From positions 1,986 through 65,985 of the forward strand of contig DAOQRN010000002.1 of the NCBI GenBank assembly GCA_035355675.1: a stretch of 64,000 bases of DNA, in the 5' to 3' direction. Made by a program: the position numbers and the translations under genes. The DNA comes from an archaeon (lineage in GTDB: Archaea; Iainarchaeota; Iainarchaeia; Iainarchaeales; JAAZKV01). Below are positions 18,394 through 28,607 of the stretch, piece by piece. Position 1 is the stretch's first letter, and every line of letters begins with the position of its first letter. The notes under the pieces are model-generated. The model did not search any database. It was not told where the DNA came from and saw nothing but the letters and a program-made list of their open reading frames with translations.

Positions 18394-19161
18394 TTATTTT
18401 AATTCGTGTTTTTGGTATTTTTCAAGTATATATCTCGCTGCTTTTTCTGTATCTGGTCTTCCTCCAGATTTTATTAGATTTTTATTTTTGGCTATTTCGT
18501 CAAGTATTTCTTCTTCGTCCCAATTTTCATTAAATTTTATTTTAAAAATTTGGCACATTTTTTCTTTTCCTGTGTATTGAATTAATTTTAGTGCAGTTCT
18601 TTCAATATCTTCGAGTTGATTTGGATTTTTTGATTCAACTAGAAATAAATCAAATTCATCTTCATTCTCTTTTGGAATAATTCCTGGACTATCAATTAAG
18701 TAAATTCCTTCAGTTATTTTTACTTTTGACATCCCTCGTGTGAGTCCTGCTTTTCTTGATGTTGCAACTCTTCCTCTTCCTTTTCCTGCTAGGGAATTAA
18801 TTAAAGTGCTTTTTCCAACATTAGGGTATCCAATAATTCCAATAGTGTATTTCTCATTTTTTCCTTTTGCAGCACTAATTTCTCTTCTTATCATATTAAT
18901 TCCATCTTTGTTTTTTGCGGAAACAAAAATTACTTTCATTTTTGATTCTTTTTGAATTTCTTGTTTTATAAGTTCAAGTTCTTTTTTTTCAACAAGGTCA
19001 CTTTTGTTTATTACAAGAAGAACCTTTTTTCCTTGACAAATTACATTTTGTTCAAGATCAAAGTTACGTGTTTTTTTTGGGTGTCGTGCATCAAGTATTT
19101 CAAGAACAAGATCACTTTGTTTTATTAAAGAATAAATGTGTTTAAAAAATCCTGAAACCAT
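18394..19161 (-). CDS. Circularly permuted ribosome-biogenesis GTPase (YlqF/RbgA/Nug1 family)
   Basis: The G4 motif (LVINKSDL) precedes G1 (GYPNVGKSTLINSL) and G3 (DSPG), the permuted order of the RbgA family. A DARHP motif is present. Confidence 0.8.
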   Translation of the reverse strand: MVSGFFKHIYSLIKQSDLVLEILDARHPKKTRNFDLEQNVICQGKKVLLVINKSDLVEKKELELIKQEIQKESKMKVIFVSAKNKDGINMIRREISAAKGKNEKYTIGIIGYPNVGKSTLINSLAGKGRGRVATSRKAGLTRGMSKVKITEGIYLIDSPGIIPKENEDEFDLFLVESKNPNQLEDIERTALKLIQYTGKEKMCQIFKIKFNENWDEEEILDEIAKNKNLIKSGGRPDTEKAARYILEKYQKHELK

Positions 19162-19281
19162 TTTTAATCAACTTTTTAAATTTCAAAAATTAAAATGTTA
19201 AAAAATATTGTCCAATAATTAATGTTATTTATAATCTTTTAATTAATTTATTTTGTTATTTGTTTTTTAATTAATATTTTT

Positions 19282-19623
19282 TTATAATAATTTTAGTTTT
19301 CCAAAGTATTTTTGTCCACTATTTTCTTCTATTGGCCCGCATGCGAAGCATGTTTTGCTCCCTGGTTCTATTTGTGTGTGTCCGGCATCAGTTATTAGTG
19401 CACATGGTAGTTCTCTTTTTGCTTTTTGAAATAATTCAAGCATTTCTTCAGTGCTTGAAATTTTTAATACAATTTTTTTCATTCCTTGCCCTTTCCACTC
19501 ATCAATAATTTCTCTATCCACTTTCTCAAGTACACTTACGGCAGCATGTGAAGCTTGTGCAGCAATTTTTCCTTTGTTCATTCCTAAGGAAGTATTCACT
19601 ATTATGTATTGTACTAAATCCAT
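19282..19623 (-). CDS. pth2: Peptidyl-tRNA hydrolase, archaeal type (Pth2)
   Basis: 113 aa, with MNKGKIAAQASHAAV...ALITDAGHTQIEPGSKTCFACGP matching the Pth2 family. Confidence 0.85.
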   Translation of the reverse strand: MDLVQYIIVNTSLGMNKGKIAAQASHAAVSVLEKVDREIIDEWKGQGMKKIVLKISSTEEMLELFQKAKRELPCALITDAGHTQIEPGSKTCFACGPIEENSGQKYFGKLKLL

Positions 19624-19672
19624 ACTAATTATATAATTGGACTGGTTTTTTAAGGTTGGTTTTAGAATTTTT

Positions 19673-20008
19673 TTAAGGGGTTTTTAGTGCTTTTTTTAGT
19701 TCATTTTTTAGTCTTTCAATATTTTTGCTAGTTATTAAAAAGTCTCTTTCAGCAATTTTTGCATCATACATTAAGTGTTCTGCAAGTTCTGTGTGTTTTA
19801 GTTTTTTTGCTTTTTCGGATAATTTTACGAGTCTTAAGTATCTTGTTTCTAACATTTTTTCTTGGGCTTTTTGAACTTCAAGATTTGTTAATTTCATTTT
19901 TAATTGGTTTTTTTCTTTTGCTGCTTTTTGAAATTTATTTCTAGCTTCAAGTGTTTTTCTCTCTGCTTCTTTTTGTCTTATTCTTAAATAACTTGGCATA
20001 AAAATCAC
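19673..20008 (-). CDS. Small basic coiled-coil protein, function unknown
   Basis: 111 aa, K/E-rich and helical. No motif recognised. Confidence 0.4.
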   Translation of the reverse strand: MIFMPSYLRIRQKEAERKTLEARNKFQKAAKEKNQLKMKLTNLEVQKAQEKMLETRYLRLVKLSEKAKKLKHTELAEHLMYDAKIAERDFLITSKNIERLKNELKKALKTP

Positions 20009-20347
20009 TTAGGGTTTTTTTAGTTCTTGTTTTATTTGTTGTTTTTGTGCAGCAATTTTTGCATCAGTTAGTTTAAAGTTTTCTTCACAAATTTTTATTG
20101 CATTTTCAATACTTTTTTTGTTTGCTTGGTTTTTTGGATTATCTCTTTGTTGTAATAGGGTTTTCCAAAGTCTTTCCCATCCTTTTTGTTGGGTTTTTAA
20201 TCTTTTAATAAATTCCATTCTTCCTTTCATTGTTCGTACAGTTTTTGCTCGTCTTCTATTTTTTAGTTCCATTTCTTGACCAAAAATAGATACTCTTGTA
20301 GTTGCGTATTCTCCATTATGTTTTAATTTGTTTAGTGGTTTTTGCAT
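20009..20347 (-). CDS. Small basic protein, function unknown (possibly nucleic-acid binding)
   Basis: 112 aa, rich in R, K and Q. It abuts the downstream gene with no gap. Confidence 0.4.
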   Translation of the reverse strand: MQKPLNKLKHNGEYATTRVSIFGQEMELKNRRRAKTVRTMKGRMEFIKRLKTQQKGWERLWKTLLQQRDNPKNQANKKSIENAIKICEENFKLTDAKIAAQKQQIKQELKKP

Positions 20348-20378
20348 AATTAATTAGGTTGTTAGGTGGGTTATATTT

Positions 20379-20837
20379 TTAATGTTCTTCGTGTTCTTTT
20401 ATTGTTTCAATAACAATATCAGTTCTTTTGTTTTTTTCCAAGTAATTTTTGATTGCTGCTCTTAGTGCTTGGTCTCCTAAAACAGAACAATGAATTTTAA
20501 TGGCGGGGAGTCCTCCAAGTCTTTTCATAATATCAGTTCCTGTTAAAGTTAATGCTTGTTGTAAATTCATTCCTCCTTTTTCTGTTAGCATTTTTGCAAG
20601 CATTGAGGTTGAAGCAATTGCGCTTGCGCATCCAAAAGTTTTCCACCTGACATCAATTATTTTGTCGTTTTTTATTTTTATCCAAAATTCCATCATGTCT
20701 CCGCACTTCATGTTTCCTACTTTCCCATACCCATCAAAGTCTTTAATTTCTCTTTCACTTTTCAAAAATTTTTCAGGTTTTAAGAAATGTTTTTTCACTT
20801 CTTTTGAATAAAACCAATCACTACCTTCAAGTTTCAT
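20379..20837 (-). CDS. iscU: Fe-S cluster assembly scaffold protein (IscU / NifU N-terminal domain type)
   Basis: Three conserved cysteines in the contexts NMKCGDMMEF, TFGCASAIASTSML and IHCSVLGDQAL. Confidence 0.85.
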   Translation of the reverse strand: MKLEGSDWFYSKEVKKHFLKPEKFLKSEREIKDFDGYGKVGNMKCGDMMEFWIKIKNDKIIDVRWKTFGCASAIASTSMLAKMLTEKGGMNLQQALTLTGTDIMKRLGGLPAIKIHCSVLGDQALRAAIKNYLEKNKRTDIVIETIKEHEEH

Positions 20838-20840
20838 TTT

Positions 20841-22028
20841 TTATTCCTCCTTTTTGTTCCATGCTGATGATATTGTTCTTAGAAATGGAATTATTTTTTT
20901 GAGTTTGTTTACTGTGTAATCAATTTCTTTTTTTGTAGTAGTTTTTCCTAAGGTAAATCTTATGCTCCCGTGTGCGAGTTCGTGACTTAAACCCATTGCG
21001 AGCAGTACGTGACTTGGTTCTAGGGATTGAGAAGAACAAGCAGAACCTGTACTTGCTCTAATTCCTTCTTCATTAAGTCTAAGTAAAATACTTTCGCCTT
21101 CAACCCCGTAAAAAGAAACATTAACATTGTTAGGTAATCTGTTTTTTCTATCTCCATTAATTTTTACTTCTTCAATTTCTTTTTCAATTCTTTTTATCAT
21201 ATAATTTCTTAGTTTTGTTAATCTTTTGCTTTCTTTCTTTTTTTCTTTTTTTGCAATTTCAAGAGCACTAGCAAGTGCAATTATTGCTGGGATGTTTTCT
21301 GTTCCTGATCGTAAGTTTTTTTCTTGGTGCCCTCCATGTATTAGTGGTTCAATTTTAATATTTTTTTTCTTAAATAGTACTCCGCTTCCTTTGAAGGCAT
21401 AGATTTTGCTTCCATTAATTGTCATCAGGTCTACATCAAGTTCTTTTGTATTAATTGAAAGATATTCTGCTCCTTGGCAAGCATCAGTGTGAAGTAATTT
21501 TCCATGGGTGTGTACAATTTCTGCAATTTTTTTTATTGGTTGAATTGTTCCGACTTCATTATTTGCATACATTATACTTACAAGTAGTGTATCTTCACGT
21601 ATTGCTTTTTCTAATTCGTCAAGTTTTACTATTCCGTTTTCATCAACATTAATGTATGTTACTTCGAATCCTAATTTTTCTACCCATTTCATTGTTTCAA
21701 GTATTGCGTCGTGTTCTGTTTTTTGTGTAATAAAGTGCCCCTTTTTGCCTTTCATTAGTTCGTGTAGTGCAATTCCTTTTATTGCAAGGTTTATACTTTC
21801 TGTTCCGCTTCCTGTAAAAATTATTTCGTTTTCTTCAGAGTTTAGTATTTTTGCTATTTTTTTTCGAGCACTCTCCATTTCTTTTTTTGCAACAAGTCCA
21901 GTTGAGTGAAAACTTGAAGGGTTTCCATAAATTTTTGAAAAATAGGGTAGAGATTCTTTTAGTACTTCGCTTCGTACTGGGGTAGTAGAACCATAATCAA
22001 GGTAAATTGTTTTCATTTTTTTCACCAA
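20841..22028 (-). CDS. iscS: Cysteine desulfurase (IscS/NifS family)
   Basis: PLP-lysine region INGSKIYAFKGSG and active-site cysteine STGSACSS. A class V aminotransferase fold is implied. Confidence 0.9.
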   Translation of the reverse strand: MVKKMKTIYLDYGSTTPVRSEVLKESLPYFSKIYGNPSSFHSTGLVAKKEMESARKKIAKILNSEENEIIFTGSGTESINLAIKGIALHELMKGKKGHFITQKTEHDAILETMKWVEKLGFEVTYINVDENGIVKLDELEKAIREDTLLVSIMYANNEVGTIQPIKKIAEIVHTHGKLLHTDACQGAEYLSINTKELDVDLMTINGSKIYAFKGSGVLFKKKNIKIEPLIHGGHQEKNLRSGTENIPAIIALASALEIAKKEKKKESKRLTKLRNYMIKRIEKEIEEVKINGDRKNRLPNNVNVSFYGVEGESILLRLNEEGIRASTGSACSSQSLEPSHVLLAMGLSHELAHGSIRFTLGKTTTKKEIDYTVNKLKKIIPFLRTISSAWNKKEE

Positions 22029-22057
22029 TAATAATTAATCAAAATAATTTTTCTAAT

Positions 22058-22363
22058 TTAGTGTTTCCCTTTGCAATTTTTTTCCGCATGTTCTTCTATT
22101 AATTCAAATAAAGTTTTATTTTTTGATTTAGTAAAAATGTCGCTTGATAAATAGTATTCTCTTTCTTTTCCTTTTTGTTTAAAATTAACAAAACTGCAGT
22201 GGCGTAAATCCATTAGTGCGTGACTTACTACACTTTGTTCACTTTTTACTTCTTTACAAATTTCTTGAACAGTTTTTGGTTTTTTTCTTAAGGATTCAAT
22301 TATGTCACACCTAAGTTTATTTCCAAGTACGCCTAAACATTTGTGAGGAAAATTAGGGTTCAT
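22058..22363 (-). CDS. ArsR/SmtB-family HTH transcriptional regulator
   Basis: 101 aa, with LGNKLRCDIIESLRKKPKTVQEICKEVKSEQSVVSHALMDL typical of an ArsR wHTH. Cys residues sit at the helix-3 position and at the C-terminus (CKGKH). Confidence 0.7.
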   Translation of the reverse strand: MNPNFPHKCLGVLGNKLRCDIIESLRKKPKTVQEICKEVKSEQSVVSHALMDLRHCSFVNFKQKGKEREYYLSSDIFTKSKNKTLFELIEEHAEKNCKGKH

Positions 22364-22438
22364 ATGAAATAATATTCATATGTTAGTTTTTAAATGTATT
22401 TCCAATAGTATTTTTTTTATTTTTATGATTTCTTTGTT

Positions 22439-22846
22439 TTATTGTATTAGTGCATCTGCTTGACTTTCTTGTTGAGGGGTATCATTTTTTGTTTCTTCTG
22501 TATTTTGTGCATTTTCTTGGATTGGCGAAGCACCTTTTAGTGTTATTTTTTTAGTTACTCCATCTTCTCCCCAAAGGTATGTCATTGATACTGGATCATC
22601 TTTACTTATTGTGAATTGATAATTTCCAGGATTTCCTGTTTTTAGTGTAAATAATTTTGAGTATTGTATTACTGCTCGATCTCCCATTCCTTTTACAAGT
22701 GCGTATACTGGTTGGTCGTTTCCATTTCCTTGTATTCTATCAAATGTTTGTCCTTCTTCCACGTCAAACACTTCATCAGTTATGTCTTTTGTGAATGGAG
22801 GTTTCCATTTTTGTTTTATACTTCTTACTTCAAATCGCAGTTTCAT
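22439..22846 (-). CDS. Hypothetical protein, predicted beta-rich
   Basis: 135 aa. No recognisable motif. Confidence 0.4.
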   Translation of the reverse strand: MKLRFEVRSIKQKWKPPFTKDITDEVFDVEEGQTFDRIQGNGNDQPVYALVKGMGDRAVIQYSKLFTLKTGNPGNYQFTISKDDPVSMTYLWGEDGVTKKITLKGASPIQENAQNTEETKNDTPQQESQADALIQ

Positions 22847-22977
22847 AAATACACCTTTTTTTAGTTAATTATTTTCAACTAATAAACGTTTATTTTCTTT
22901 TTAAACTTGCCGTTTTTGGAATTTTTTTCTGGCTTGGTGCTAGTGGTATATTTTTATACCTCCTTTTCTTTCTTTAT

Positions 22978-24057
22978 TTGATGGAAATTGACAATTTTAT
23001 TAATTCTGCAGCCAAAACTATTGAAAATAGGCACTCTTTTTATGAGGGTGTTTCCTCTCAATTAGTTCCATTAAAATCAAAAAAAATCATTAATTTTGGC
23101 GAAAATGTAGTAGTTCCTGTAAAAAATGAAGTTTTATCAGGACTTGTGAGTGGAGTTGATTCTGGGTTTGTTTCAAAAAAACTCTCTTTTTTTGATATAG
23201 TGTTAGTTCGTACTGCAGGAGTAGTTTTTTCTTTTGAAAATGGAGTATTAAAAAAAACTGATTATTATCCTGCTCCAGTTTCATTTCCAACTCCTTTACC
23301 ATTAAAGTTAGGTCTTGAGAGTGATGAAGAAAACCAAAGTGTTTCTTTTGAAAGATTAAAACAAGAAATAAAACTAAATATTGAAATTATTAAAAAATAT
23401 GGACCTGCTTTTTCTTTTATTGATGGGAGTATTGTTCCACAGTATCAAGATAAACCAAGAAAAGATTCACAAATTAATGATGATTACAAAACAGTAATTG
23501 AATTATTTGAAGAACTCTATAAAACTGCAGAAGAAAATAATTGTGTTTTAATTTCAACTGTTGAAGATTCAAGAGGGAGTAGGTTTAAACAAATTCTTCA
23601 AGAAGAAATAATTCCGTCACAAAATATTTCAAGAGTTGATTTAAAGAATTGTTTTGATATTTCTCTTTTAGATCACTTTTTGTTACCAAAAGAAAGAACT
23701 TTCGCATTTTCTTACACTAAAGATATTTTATCTCACCCAATTTTAAAAGATTTTTCTACTGAGTGGAGTAAAAGTGTTTTTGTTTTTTACATTAAAGTGA
23801 GTGAATTTGATAATCCGTTAAGAGTAGAATTTTTGTGCAAAAATAAAAATGATTTAATAAATTTAGCAAACAAAATTTCTTCAGTTGTGTTTTCTCTTTC
23901 CTCACTTCATAAAGAGTATTCTTATCCAAGTGTATTAATTGAAGCAGATTTAAGAGCAAAATTAACCGATACTGATATTTCTCTTGTGTATGATAGATTA
24001 ATAGACAAATTGGGTCCAAAAATAAATATGAGAAGAAATAATAGACCATTTGGATAA
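22978..24057 (+). CDS. nurA: NurA-like 5'-3' nuclease (partner of HerA)
   Basis: 359 aa with the Asp-containing motifs GVDSGF and FIDGSIV. It is encoded immediately upstream of a HerA ATPase, the characteristic pairing. Confidence 0.6.
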   Translation: MMEIDNFINSAAKTIENRHSFYEGVSSQLVPLKSKKIINFGENVVVPVKNEVLSGLVSGVDSGFVSKKLSFFDIVLVRTAGVVFSFENGVLKKTDYYPAPVSFPTPLPLKLGLESDEENQSVSFERLKQEIKLNIEIIKKYGPAFSFIDGSIVPQYQDKPRKDSQINDDYKTVIELFEELYKTAEENNCVLISTVEDSRGSRFKQILQEEIIPSQNISRVDLKNCFDISLLDHFLLPKERTFAFSYTKDILSHPILKDFSTEWSKSVFVFYIKVSEFDNPLRVEFLCKNKNDLINLANKISSVVFSLSSLHKEYSYPSVLIEADLRAKLTDTDISLVYDRLIDKLGPKINMRRNNRPFG

Positions 24058-24115
24058 AGATTATATTGTTTCAATAAATTTATTTAATAATTAGTTTTTT
24101 GATTGGTGATTTTTT

Positions 24116-24799
24116 TTGATTAAAGTAATTGCTTTTGATTTGTGGAATACTTTAATTGCTACAACAATTGATTTTCCTCATTTAATTTCTCTAGCAAAAA
24201 AAGATAATTTGTCTTTAGGGGAATTTATTGCAAAATATGAGAATGCTACTCACAAAAAAAGTTTTTCTTCATTTGAAGAACTAAAAAATGCTTTTTTTAA
24301 AGAATTTGAAGAAACAAATAATAAATTGCTTGAGAAAGAACTTTATGAAGTTTACATAAATAGAGTGGATAAAATAATTCTTTTCCCAGATGTTAAAGAG
24401 AATTTAATAAAATTAAAAAAACAAGGTTACACTTTAGTGCTTGTTTCAAATGTAGAAAATTTAGCATTTAATGATGTGAATAAAGTTTTGAATTTAGAAC
24501 AATATTTTGATTATTTTTGTTTAAGTTATGAAATTGAGGCAATTAAGCCTGATAAAAAAATGTTTGATTGTATTATAAAAAAAACAAGTGTTCTTCCAAG
24601 TGAAGTTTTAATGGTTGGGGATTCTTTGAGGAGTGATATTTTTGGAGCAAAAAATGCTAGAATGCATAATTGTTGGATTAATAGACCAAAAAAGAGTTAT
24701 GATTTAGCAAAAGTGACTCCTGAGTTTGAAATAAAAAGCTTTGATGAGTTATATTTAGTATTAGATAAATTAAATGAATCAAAGAAAATAGGTGTGTAA
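24116..24799 (+). CDS. HAD-superfamily hydrolase (haloacid dehalogenase-like)
   Basis: Motif I VIAFDLWNTL (DxYGTL-like), motif III lysine and motif IV MVGDSLRSDIFGAKNA. TTG start. Confidence 0.65.
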   Translation: MIKVIAFDLWNTLIATTIDFPHLISLAKKDNLSLGEFIAKYENATHKKSFSSFEELKNAFFKEFEETNNKLLEKELYEVYINRVDKIILFPDVKENLIKLKKQGYTLVLVSNVENLAFNDVNKVLNLEQYFDYFCLSYEIEAIKPDKKMFDCIIKKTSVLPSEVLMVGDSLRSDIFGAKNARMHNCWINRPKKSYDLAKVTPEFEIKSFDELYLVLDKLNESKKIGV

Positions 24800-24891
24800 G
24801 TTAAATTCCTAAAAATGTTAGGTGTTAAAAAAGAATTTTTTGACCTTTGGCATGAAGGTGGGGATTTATTTAAAAAGGAAAAATTACTTTA

Positions 24892-26424
24892 TTGATTATT
24901 ATGAATAGGGATTCTTTAGGGACAATTGTTTCTTCAATTGATGGTCCTTCTCCAAGTGTTTTGTCTTTTGTAGTGAACGAAGGTAAAGTTCACAAGGGGA
25001 TGTTTATTGAACTTGAATACTCTGAAGGTACAATGGTTTGTTTAGTTGAAGATGTTGTTAAAACTAATAGGTATTTTGAAAGACCTGATTCAGTTAAAAC
25101 AATTGGAGCAGAACTTGAAAAAAACTTTCCAGTAAGTGATTGGGAATTTTTGCTTGGCAGAGCAAGACCACTAGGAGTATTTGTTGAGAGTAATGGTAAT
25201 ATTCAGCGTTCAACTTTTCCTCCCTCTCCAGGCACAAAAGTTTTCAAAGCAAAAGATGAGAATTTAAAAAAGTTTTTAGCGCTTCAAGAAAACGGACTTC
25301 ATTTAGGTTCAATTAATTTTCACGATGTTTTAATGAAAGTGAATTTATCAAAACTTTTACAAAAACATTTAGCAATTCTCGCAATGAGTGGGGCAGGAAA
25401 GAGTTATTGTGTTTCAGTACTTCTTGAAGAATTATTATTAAGAGAAAAAGAAAATGGACAAATTGCAGTAATTGTTTTTGATACTCATGGGGAATATACT
25501 TGTTTTGGTGAATCAGCAAAAAGCCCGCATAAGGATTTTTCAAGCGTGACAAAAGTTATTGATGCTTCTAAAATAAAAATTGCTTCCTCAAAATTAACTC
25601 CGGGGATGATAGCAAATATAATGCCTGATTTATCTGCCCCTCAAAAAAGAGAATTATCAAGTATTATTTCTCGTCTTTCAAATGAAATGAAAAGTGGGGT
25701 GGGCCCTTTTGATTTAGCCTCAGTAAGAGCAGAACTCTCTTCTTCTCAAAATCAAAAAACTGCAGAAACTCTTTTAGGTATTTTATCAGAGCTTGAGGAT
25801 TTAGAATTATTTTCAAAAATAGATTACCCTGCAGTTAGTGATATTGCTAGACCTGGTCAACTTTGTGTTCTTGATTTGAGTAAAATTATTTCAGATAAAA
25901 AGAAACAAATAATTGTATCATATTTTTCAAATAAATTATTTAATGATAGAAGACAAAAAAGAATTCCTCCCTTTGCTCTATTTGTTGAAGAGGCACATAA
26001 TTTTATTCCAGAAACAACAAGTAAGGGGGTTGCAATTGCAAAATCAACTCTAAGAACAATTGCAAGAGAGGGAAGAAAGTTTGGAGCAGCACTAGTAGTT
26101 ATTTCTCAAAGACCAAAAAGGTTAGATACAACAACCCTTGCAAATTGTAACACAAATATTATCCTTAGAATTACTAATCCTTATGATTTAGATCACATAA
26201 AGCAAAGTAGTGAAGGGCTTGATCAAGCAAGTATTAATTCTATTTCTTCACTTAGAGTGGGGGAAGCATTAATTGTAGGGGAAGCAGTTGGTGCTCCAAC
26301 TTTTTTTAGAGTTCGGTTAAGAACTTCTCAACCAAGTAAACACGAAGTTACTCTTGAAGAAGCAGCTAAAAGATTTAGTGAACAAAAAGAAAAAAACGAA
26401 GATGAAATAAATTCATTCTTATAA
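24892..26424 (+). CDS. herA: HerA-type hexameric DNA helicase/translocase ATPase
   Basis: Walker A ILAMSGAGKSY, Walker B VVFDTHGEY / FVEEAHNFIP, and a HerA-like C-terminal region ISQRPKRLD. Confidence 0.85.
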   Translation: MIIMNRDSLGTIVSSIDGPSPSVLSFVVNEGKVHKGMFIELEYSEGTMVCLVEDVVKTNRYFERPDSVKTIGAELEKNFPVSDWEFLLGRARPLGVFVESNGNIQRSTFPPSPGTKVFKAKDENLKKFLALQENGLHLGSINFHDVLMKVNLSKLLQKHLAILAMSGAGKSYCVSVLLEELLLREKENGQIAVIVFDTHGEYTCFGESAKSPHKDFSSVTKVIDASKIKIASSKLTPGMIANIMPDLSAPQKRELSSIISRLSNEMKSGVGPFDLASVRAELSSSQNQKTAETLLGILSELEDLELFSKIDYPAVSDIARPGQLCVLDLSKIISDKKKQIIVSYFSNKLFNDRRQKRIPPFALFVEEAHNFIPETTSKGVAIAKSTLRTIAREGRKFGAALVVISQRPKRLDTTTLANCNTNIILRITNPYDLDHIKQSSEGLDQASINSISSLRVGEALIVGEAVGAPTFFRVRLRTSQPSKHEVTLEEAAKRFSEQKEKNEDEINSFL

Positions 26425-26495
26425 ATTTATTAATATCCTTTGGTTACTTTTGACCACCGGCATTGTACTTGTAGAGCCTATTTAAATACCCAAAT

Positions 26496-28010
26496 TTGAC
26501 TACTTGTATGTCAAAAGATATTTTCCAACAAAACAAGAGTAATGTTCTTTACTTAACTAATGTTACTTATATTGAATCAAAAAGAGAAGTTTTAGTGGAG
26601 TTTTCAAATAAATTTGAAAAGAAAATCGAGCGTTATAAATTTTTTCCATTTATTTTACTTCCAAAATCAATTGATGGAGAGAAACTAAAAGAATTACTTA
26701 TTTCATTTTCTTTTAGATCATTTAGTTTGCAAGAGAAAGAAAATTATTTTTCCTTACAAAGTGTATCATTTTTAGAGTTAAAAAAAATGGTTAGTGTGTT
26801 AAGTAAGTGTTTTGGGAAACTTCCTCTAGTTTTAGAACCTGAAAGACAATTTTTGATAGAAAAAAATTGGAGTTATTTTGATTCTTTTTCTTATTTTGAG
26901 AATTCTTTAATAAAAGTTGATTCTTTTTTAAAAGATGTTAGTTTTTCAGTTTTACCAGAAATACCTTTTGTTGAAGCACTAAAAATAAATCAAGAAGAAG
27001 CAGTTTTTTTTGTTAATCAAGCAGTATTATCAAATATTTTAAAAGTTCCAATAAATTTAGTGCCAAAAAATAAACAAGAACAAGAAGAAATCTTTTTAGA
27101 AAATATTTTTTTTAAAAATGCTGAATTTGTTTCATGGGAAAAAGAAAATTTTGTTAAAGCAAAAAACTTTACTCCTTTTGGGTATTTTGATAATTTTTCT
27201 TCAATAGATTTTTCCCCAGTTTGGGTAGAATTATTTTCAAAAAAATTCTTTAATATTGGTCCTGAAACAAAAAATTGTTCGTGTTGTAAACCTTTCACTC
27301 TTGAAGATAAAAATTTACTTCCTTCTTCTTTAATTGAAGTAAAATTTGTTGAGAGTGATTTCTTTTTTGAATCTTCTTCAGAAAATTTTGCTCAAGAATT
27401 TCATATAGTTAATGAAAATAAATTATTAAGAGAACAAAAAAAGAAAGAATTTTTTCTAAAACATCCACCAATTGGTCCTTTTAGTGTCGGTCAAGTTGAG
27501 AAAGTTCCACTTCTTGATGCAAAGAAATTATTGCTCGAAGGAGTAGTTGAATTATCTACAGAGCATAAAGTTGATTGGTTTTGTTTGAATAAAGAAAGTT
27601 TTTTTAGTAAAGAATTATATAGTTTTAGTGAAAAATTAAATGGGTTTGAAGAGTTTTCAAAAAATAAACAAACTAGTTTACTTATTTCTTCTTTTGAAGA
27701 TTTTTTTGCAGAATATTTTATAAAAAATTTTAGTAATTTAGTTGCTGAAATTCCTTTCCAGTTAATGAATAAAGGATCAAAATTTTATTCAGTTTCTTTA
27801 GCTAAAACAATTATTAGTATTCAAGAAGCCACTTTGTTTAAATTTAAAGAATTTTCAGAAAAAGAAGGATATAGAATACTTCATACAAACAGCAGGGGGG
27901 CTTATGTTAAGGGTTATTCTTCTTTGACTCTTGCAAAAAAGTTCTCAAGTTCTCTTGCATTGCCTTTGCCAAAAATAAGGTCTTTTGCCAAAAACTCTAA
28001 ATTAAGTTAA
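26496..28010 (+). CDS. Uncharacterised 504-aa F/K/E-rich protein. The N-terminus loosely resembles the N-terminal region of family-B DNA polymerases, but no catalytic motifs are present
   Basis: VLYLTNVTYIESKREVLVEF...KIERYKFFPFILLP is reminiscent of a PolB N-terminal domain. It lacks Walker, phosphoesterase and PolB catalytic motifs, and has a CSCC motif mid-protein. Confidence 0.45.
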   Translation: MTTCMSKDIFQQNKSNVLYLTNVTYIESKREVLVEFSNKFEKKIERYKFFPFILLPKSIDGEKLKELLISFSFRSFSLQEKENYFSLQSVSFLELKKMVSVLSKCFGKLPLVLEPERQFLIEKNWSYFDSFSYFENSLIKVDSFLKDVSFSVLPEIPFVEALKINQEEAVFFVNQAVLSNILKVPINLVPKNKQEQEEIFLENIFFKNAEFVSWEKENFVKAKNFTPFGYFDNFSSIDFSPVWVELFSKKFFNIGPETKNCSCCKPFTLEDKNLLPSSLIEVKFVESDFFFESSSENFAQEFHIVNENKLLREQKKKEFFLKHPPIGPFSVGQVEKVPLLDAKKLLLEGVVELSTEHKVDWFCLNKESFFSKELYSFSEKLNGFEEFSKNKQTSLLISSFEDFFAEYFIKNFSNLVAEIPFQLMNKGSKFYSVSLAKTIISIQEATLFKFKEFSEKEGYRILHTNSRGAYVKGYSSLTLAKKFSSSLALPLPKIRSFAKNSKLS

Positions 28011-28087
28011 ATTCCTCATTTTTTAGCTCTTTTAGCTACTTTTTTAAACCCTGTCTTGACAATATTTCTTATTGACTTGGTGAGTGT

Positions 28088-28294
28088 ATGTCTCGATTAA
28101 CTAGATTTGAATTAACTAGAGTTTTATCAGCTAGATCTTTACAATTATCTTTAGGAGCGCCTCCTTTAGTAAAAAAAGTAAAAGAATTATCTATGCTTGA
28201 TGTTGCAGAAAAAGAGTACAAAGAAAAAGTGCTTCCATTAAGTGTTTTAAGAAAATACCCTAATGGGACAATAAAAAGAGTGGAGTTATCTTAA
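28088..28294 (+). CDS. rpoK: DNA-directed RNA polymerase subunit K (Rpb6/omega-like)
   Basis: LTRFELTRVLSARSLQLSLGAPPLV matches the RpoK core (TRFE...ARALQIS.GAP). Confidence 0.75.
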   Translation: MSRLTRFELTRVLSARSLQLSLGAPPLVKKVKELSMLDVAEKEYKEKVLPLSVLRKYPNGTIKRVELS

Positions 28295-28313
28295 TTTTTA
28301 AAAATATTTTTGG

Positions 28314-28529
28314 GTGAGTAAAATGGGTAAATCAGTTTCAAAAGTTTTAAAGTATAAAGGGGAAGTTTTGTTAAGAGAATTTCCTGAAAAATTTGGGAAA
28401 AATTTTGAACAAAATAAAAAAGAATTATCTACAATGGAACTTGGTTTATCAAAAACAACAAGAAATGTTGTTGCAGGATATATAATAAGACTTGCTAAAA
28501 GAAAAGAAAAAGAACAACTAAAAAACTAA
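28314..28529 (+). CDS. rps17e: 30S ribosomal protein S17e
   Basis: NKKELSTMELGLSKTTRNVVAGYIIRLAKR aligns with the S17e core (NKRVCEEIA...SKKLRNKIAGYVTHLMKR). Confidence 0.7.
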   Translation: MSKMGKSVSKVLKYKGEVLLREFPEKFGKNFEQNKKELSTMELGLSKTTRNVVAGYIIRLAKRKEKEQLKN

Positions 28530-28607
28530 TTAAGTTCCTTTTTTTTATTTTTTTCTCATTTGGGTCTTTTATTATTTTATTTTTAATTGGTTCATTTTGT
28601 TTATTAG

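Noticed and set aside
26496-28010. The 504-aa protein considered as the missing Mre11
   Set aside because: There are no phosphoesterase motifs (GDxHG, GDxxD, GNHE, GHxH), so it cannot be called Mre11 from sequence.
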